Shown here piece by piece: positions 25,419-32,000 of a DNA stretch of 32,000 nt. Under the pieces are notes generated by a model that worked only from the letters and a program-made list of their open reading frames with translations, did not search any database and was not told where the DNA came from. The stretch is from Ureaplasma parvum serovar 3 str. ATCC 27815. GTDB taxonomy: Bacteria; Bacillota_I; Bacilli_A; Mycoplasmatales; Mycoplasmoidaceae. The first letter of the stretch is position 1; every line of letters begins with the position of its first letter. Made by a program: the position numbers and the translations under genes. The stretch lies in NCBI RefSeq assembly GCF_000019345.1, contig NC_010503.1:90001-122000 (forward strand), in the 5' to 3' direction.

Positions 25419-28400
25419 ATGTTTAAAAAAAGAAGTTCAAGTCGTAAATGATTTATAATCTGTACTTCATTATCAATAAGTAGTATTGCTGTAGTTTCAT
25501 TAAGTGCATGTGCTAACACAAATAATAAAATAGTAAACGCAGGTTTTATTTATAATGGATCAACAACCAACGACGCAATTACTGGTTTTGATGTAAACGA
25601 TTACATAATTAAAGCGCCAGAAAATGATACTAATTTAAATCAACAAATTTTGAGAAATAATAATTATGAACAAAAACCAATTCTTTGAAATGATTATTTA
25701 AAAGAATATGATAGTGTTAAAAAACAACACGATCAACAAATCAAGAATTTTTATGAATATATTTGAATTAATGAAGCATCAAAATATAAAAATTTAAATA
25801 AAGTTATTGATATTAATGACCCCTATTTTATAAATTGATTTTTAAAATTAACGCCTAATACATTAAAAAATGATCTTTATAATTTTATTAATAATATTCG
25901 TAAAGACAACACTAAACCATCACTTGTTTTTTCATCAAGTGAACCACAAATTAAAGTTTGAAAAGATTTAGGAAATAATCAAAAACAAGTTTTAAATCCC
26001 AATCAAGCCATTTTTGAACCACTAACAGAACAAGATATTAAAAATAATATTAATCTTTTAGAAAAGAATAAGGCGTTAAGAGTTAGCATTAGTTTTTGGT
26101 ATGCTTTAACAAATCAAAGTAGTGCTAATATTTTAATCAATGATCCATTTTATAAAAAACCTTCTGGGATTGCTTCAAATACTAGTGAAAAATATTTTAT
26201 TAGGATTGAAGCATCACCGATCGCTTTAGATTTTAGCCAAACCGATCGATTAGAACGCGATAAATATAGTGCACAAACCACATCAATTAAAAACACATAT
26301 AAAATGCGTTATTATTTTAATAATATTCGTGTTGAAAAACAAGTTACAAAGGTTAAAAACAATGCTAAACGTGGAGACCAAAACGCAGAAGAAAATTTTC
26401 CAAAAGAATTTTATTTCGGTGCTAATAGTAATGAAAAATTTAGCTTTGGTACACACTCATACACATTAAATAATGAAATCACACAAGCTTCATATGAACA
26501 AGATATTTTTAGTTTAGATCATAAAATTAAAAACGAATTAAAAAAATTAAATGAACAACAAATTTTAAAAGATATTGAATATGCATTTACTAGTGGTTAT
26601 GATGTAGCAATTGATTCCATTGGTAGTATTTTTAACATTTTAAAAGGTGTTGCTAATGATTTAAATTTAAAAGAATTGTTTTTACAATCATCACAAGATT
26701 TTAGAAATTTAACTTATAACATTACACAACAGAATAATTTGACTAATTTAATCACTTTAATTACATCAAATCAATCATTAGGGATGGTTATTGATGGTTT
26801 TAAACCAATTTTAAAAGAAATTATTTATAATAATCCAAGTATTGACCAATCAGTTAAAAATACAATTTGATCAAAAATTGATTCAATGGATTTTAAAAAT
26901 AATTTAATTGCTGAAATTGGACAAATTAGAACCTTACTTGATAGTATCTCATTAACTGAAATTAAAACCTATAAACCAATTATTAATAAATTATTAGAAT
27001 TAATTTCTTTAATTGAAGCACGTTCTAAAAAAGACCCTAAAAATTATGGATTTATTGATGGTTTGGACGAACTATTTTCCTTCTTTTTAAATTTAAAACA
27101 AAATGATCTACCAAGTAGTATTAATTTTAAAATTGGTGATCAAAATTATACTTTATATGATTTAATTACTGAAGTTAAAAAAATTGCAAATAACTTAATT
27201 CCGCATGAAAACCAATATGACCCTAAAGACCAACAAATTATCAGTACCAATTATTTTTTAACAAAAATTAAAATTTTAGATTTGATTTCTTTAAACAAAA
27301 ATGACCAACTTGATTATCATAAGGGTGTTGAAATGATTTTTAGTTTATTAAAAAAATTTCAAATAGCAATTCCCGAATTTATTTATAAAATTATTGATGA
27401 ATTACTAATTCAAAATACTAATTGAAATAAAGAAAATATTAAAAAACTTTTAGATGCTATTTTATATCCAAAAATTACATCTAATGATCCTTCAATTAAT
27501 GATTTAAAATCATATTTTAAATATGGGATTAGCAAGCCTGAAATCACAAGTAAAGAACTTGAATATGATCAAAACAATTTATTAATTAAGAAACTAAATA
27601 TTAAATATCGTTATAAAGTTTTAGCTAATGCAGAATTTGATATTAAACCTTTATTTGATTTATTACCACAAAAACCATTAAGTTTTATTGATCTTGGTGG
27701 ATTATGAGAACAAATCAAAAAAGAATTTCCTTATAAAATTGTTTTAGCAAAAAACGATTATGTTGATCATACAATTAGCATTAGTCAACCACAAGAGTTA
27801 ACAACTTTAATTTTTAAAGACCGTAGTGATCATGATAAATATAAAATTGGTTATGTTTTTTATCCAACACACACAGTTCAAACCCATATGCCTAATTCTA
27901 TGAAAGCAATCATTGAAAATATATCATTAAGAAACGATCGTTTATTACCTAATAAATATGTTGCTCAATTATTAAATTGGTTATTTTATAAAAAATGAGT
28001 ATTCATAAATCCACTAGCGATTTATGAAACTTTTGAAGGTGATAAAAAGATTCCTAATGACAAAAATGTTAAATATTTAATCAAAGATAATTTAAACAAG
28101 TATTTAAAAAACTATGATTCAAATACATATTGTGAAGGCTTTGATTTCAAACATTTTTCTAATAATTTAGAAAATAAAGTTGGTAATCAAACAATTCGTA
28201 ACTTAATTTTAGCTAAAATTAAAACTATTAAAACAGATGGTCAAGAATTATATCAAGACGCATTAGGACGAAAAATCATTGCAACTAGTGCTTATGATCA
28301 AATTAATTTAACGCTTCAAGAACTAATTGATTATAAATTGCTTGGATTTGGGAAAAAAGTTGATTTAAAAAAAGATGTTTATTTGAGTGCAGTTGCATTT

Positions 28401-28583
28401 AATTTTGGTTTAAACACTAACGATAGTGATCAAACAAACGTCTTAAATAATAATGATGAAATTAAATACAATCTAAATATTTTAAAAAAAGTAGTTATCA
28501 CATTACACTTTACTAAGCCAATGTTAGATTTAAGTGATCCTAATCGCACTAAATTAGTTAATTCTTATACTTTTGTTGTTTAG
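25419..28583 (+). CDS. Large predicted lipoprotein (1054 aa)
   Basis: MFKKRSSSRKWFIICTSLSISSIAVVSLSACANTNNK: basic N-terminus, hydrophobic stretch and lipobox LSAC. Track ORFs 26304..26870, 26886..27425 and 28338..28583 all fall in this frame, separated by TGA. Confidence 0.85.
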
Positions 28584-28589
28584 TTTTGT

Positions 28590-30175
28590 TCATACATAAA
28601 TTGATTAATATGAATGTTTTTTGGTGTAATTATAAGAGCATCATTAATCGTCATAATTTCTTTAGTCTTAATTCTGCAAACTATTGATAATAAAATTTTG
28701 TATTCAAAATCGTTTGAATCATTGTTATTTTACTTAACTACTTTTTGAATTTTTTTCATCACAATATCTTCTTTTGAAAAATTACTTGGTAATTGAATAT
28801 TTTCTTTTCCAATATAATTTTTATATAAATCTATTAGCATTTGGAAATTAATGATCATTTTCAAAATTTTCTGCCTTAGAAATCGATTTGTTAAAGCTAA
28901 ATTCTATTAAATTTTTTATAAAAGGAATTAAAGCAAATATATAATATTAGTTTTCTTTATCTTTCTTTTTTATACAACAAATTGCGATTCTTTGCAAACA
29001 TCAAATCCCAATGATATTGTTCTATAAAAATCAAAATTATGAGTTAAAACTATTAAATTTGAAATTTTTATTGCATATATATTTTTATAATCAAAAGAAT
29101 CAGCAATATCATTAATCACAATAAGAGTTTTCTTATTATTTTTTCAATTTTTCTTTATTAAATATTACATTTAATAAATATAAAGACCTTTTTTCTCCTT
29201 GACGCAAAAGTATTGTTTTTTTAATTTCGAGCGATTTAAAATTTTTAACACATTATTTTTTTGAATTGAAATTTAATTTTTGGAAAACTTTCTCCAATAA
29301 GGATCATTTTCTATAGCATCTCGTAGTGCTATACTCTTAGAACCTTCTAATGATTTTATTATTTGTTTGTAAGCTGAAATATTTTTAAATTCTGATTCAA
29401 TTTCTTTTATTTTATTTTCAAGTTTTTATACTTTTAATTTCTATATTTTCATTAACAAAAAATTATTAGATTTTAAACTTTTTAATATATTTTTTAATTT
29501 TGAAAGGGAAAAACCCTTAGAAGAAATTTATGATTTTGAAAATAAATATCCTTTATCTTTTTTAAAATTGAAGAATCAAAAATATTTGTCTATTTAACTT
29601 CTGGAATATATGAATTATTTTTATTATTTATTAATGATTTTAATTTTGATAATAATAAATCATCACCCTTATTAAAAAATGAATTTAATTCTTCTTTTAA
29701 TTCACAAACCCTTTTTTCTAATGAAATTTTTCAATTTTTAATTTAGATTTTTCTTCTAAATCTTGTTTTAAATCTTCATGTATTAATAAATCTGAAGCAT
29801 ATTTTGATTCATAATAATTTTCAAAACTGTTTAATTACAAACACTTCATCACTTCTTATTTCGCGACCATCTACAGGTATTTCATACATAGGTGTTACAA
29901 AAATTTGGTCTTTTATTTCGCTCTGTTTATTTTTTTGTTTTTTTGAAAGTATTTGCTAATGAAGTTTTCATTAATCTATTTTTATCATAAATTGTAATTA
30001 TATTTGATCTGGTAAAATAAATGTGTGTTCCATTTTATCTATACCAAAACAATTTTCTAATTTACATTTAATTTTATTTAAATTAATAATCTCATTTCTT
30101 TAAAAATATATGCTAAATTATATAATTAAAATAAGTACTAATTGTAACGCTATTATTGTTTCAAATATTTTTTAT
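28590..30175 (-). pseudogene. Decayed AAA-type (SMC/AAA_13-like) ATPase gene, downstream of hsdR
   Basis: Minus-strand fragments in shifting frames: CKLENCFGIDKMEHTFIL, NIITIYDKNRLMKTSLANTFKK (degraded Walker A), KDQIFVTPMYEIPVDGREIRSDEVFVIK, YESKYASDLLIHEDLKQDLEEK, ISAYKQIIKSLEGSKSIALRDAIENDPYWRKFSKN, TLIVINDIADSFDYKN (Walker B-like), LIVLTHNFDFYRTISLGFDV. Multiple stops and frame changes. Confidence 0.7.
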
Positions 30176-30187
30176 TTTAATGTTCAT

Positions 30188-32000
30188 TTAACCACGGAAT
30201 TTTTCAAAATATTCGAGTAATTTTTCAGTAGCATTTTCTTTTATTTTAGACCTATTACTATTCTGATTACTTTTTTTAAAAAAAGAGGTAGGAGGCATTA
30301 AATTAACAATATCTACTCCATTTTCATTAAATTCATTATTTTCAAATGCTTTTTTCATAAATTCAAATGTTTTTTTGTTATCTAATTTATTTTCATTAAT
30401 TATTTTTATAAGCTCACTTTCTTTTTTATTTTTAATAAACTTACTCCATTCATTAAAAATATCAATTTCATCCTTATTAGGTAGTTTATTAATTTCATTA
30501 ACAAATTCAATAATTAAATCTTTCTTTTTTCGCGCTTTTAGACTAGATAAAATATCTCTTTCTAGATCGTGATATTTAACTTCTTTTAGATCTTTTTTGA
30601 GCTTTTCATTCATTAACTTAAGAATATAATCAACACCAATATCTTGTTGACTAATTAATTCAATTTTAAAATCAAGATCACTAACAATGCTATCTGTTTC
30701 CATACGTTTTTTATCTTGATATTTATCACGCAACCCGATATATATACTTTGATAATCTTGCATTTCTGTACCAATAAGATCATCGTTTTGTTCAAATTCA
30801 CTAAATTGTGAAAGCAAATTTTTATATTTTAAAATATCACCAAAAAGTTTAATAAAAATTCTTTCCTCTTCTTTTGTTCCATTAAAAGGAATTTTAAAGT
30901 TACTTTTTAATTCTTCTACTAAGTTTCGATAACCTTGTATATATTGATTATCTTCATTATAATATCCTTCATAATATTCTTTAAATGATCTTAAAATAGC
31001 GATCGAAGAATTAATATTGCTCTCTGATGAAAATAATCTTAAAGCTTCATTCACTTCATCTTCTAAATTTATGAAAAAGACAATATTACCATTTGATTTA
31101 ACACCATTAAGAATTCGATTGGTTCGCGACATTGCTTGAATTAAACTATGATATTTTAGTTTTTTGTCCAATCATAATGTATTTAAAGTTGTTGCATCAA
31201 AACCTGTTAAAAACATATTAACAACGATTGCTATATCTAAGCTTCGATCCTTTAATCTCAAGCTAAAGTCTTTATAGTAATTATTAAAATTAGCATTATC
31301 TGTTGAGTATGATGTCCCAAACATTTCATTATAATCTTTAATCGCTTCATCAAGAAAATTACGTGAATCTAAATCAAGTTGATTAGTGTTTTCGTTATTC
31401 TCATCTAATAGTTCAAAATTAGAAAGTTCATTATCATTACTTTCTTGTTCGCTTGGTAAATAACTATAAATTAATCCAATTTTTAATTTTTCTTCTTGAG
31501 GAAATTTTTGTTGTTGTTTTTTAAATTCTGAATAATATATTTTAGCTGCATTAATAGAAGAGCAAGCTAGAATAGAATTAAATCCATTTAGTGTTGTTAA
31601 TACTTTATTTTCGCTTAATTTATTTCTGCTAGTAATAACTTCATTTATATTAGCAATCTTATTATGTTCAAAAAATTCTTCATTTCTTTTGGTTAAACGA
31701 TTATAGTTTTTTAAAATAAAATCAACAATTTCAGAAATACGAATCGGATTTTCCAAAGCTTCTTTTTTATCTATTCCAGTTGATGATGTTTCATCGTCAA
31801 TGTCATCTTTTTCGCTAAGTGTTTTATAATACTCCGTTCTAAAACCTAAAACATTACCATCACGAATAGCTTTATCAATTGTATATTTATGTAAACAAGC
31901 TCCAAAAAGATGCTCTGTTGTAAAGAAAATATTTTTATTTTTGACATTACTATTTTCTTCTAAAATAGGTGTGCCTGTAAACCCAAAAATCATATATTTT
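30188..32000 (-). CDS. hsdR: Type I restriction enzyme R subunit, C-terminal portion (5' end beyond window)
   Basis: MIFGFTGTPI helicase region, [64 protein letters not shown]. ORFs 30188..31171 and 31172..31993 share a frame, joined by TGA=Trp. Confidence 0.93.

Noticed and set aside
26269-26469. 66-aa ORF with HTHTH end inside the lipoprotein gene
   Set aside because: Out-of-frame with the continuous 1054-codon lipoprotein frame; low complexity.

Overview
This is an AT-rich mollicute window. UGA reads as Trp, and gene order and content suggest Ureaplasma (inference). Many ORFs in the supplied track are fragments of longer genes once TGA is read as Trp; I re-joined them by frame. Left part: a minus-strand operon pth-tilS-hprK-lgt-trxB-whiA, then plus-strand dnaN-like, yaaA-like, gyrB, gyrA, cinA C-terminal domain, recA, rny, a minus-strand small membrane protein and deoxynucleoside kinase, then dnaX, ybaB, recR. 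Centre (about 18.5-20.95 kb): an accessory-looking block between recR and ffh. It contains (i) a short protein built of SFPD..KV repeats that I believe matches the reported 7_1-knotted 89-aa Ureaplasma protein, with a likely mis-set start codon; (ii) a DUF262/GmrSD-like protein with an HNH-like C-terminus whose 8 Trp codons are all TGG, pointing to recent import from a standard-code organism; (iii) a promoter/operator-like unit with strong Shine-Dalgarno but only a ~20 codon ORF, possibly a remnant. Right part: ffh, an ABC permease/ATPase/large lipoprotein operon, a decayed AAA ATPase pseudogene, and the C-terminal part of HsdR (type I restriction), which runs off the window edge.
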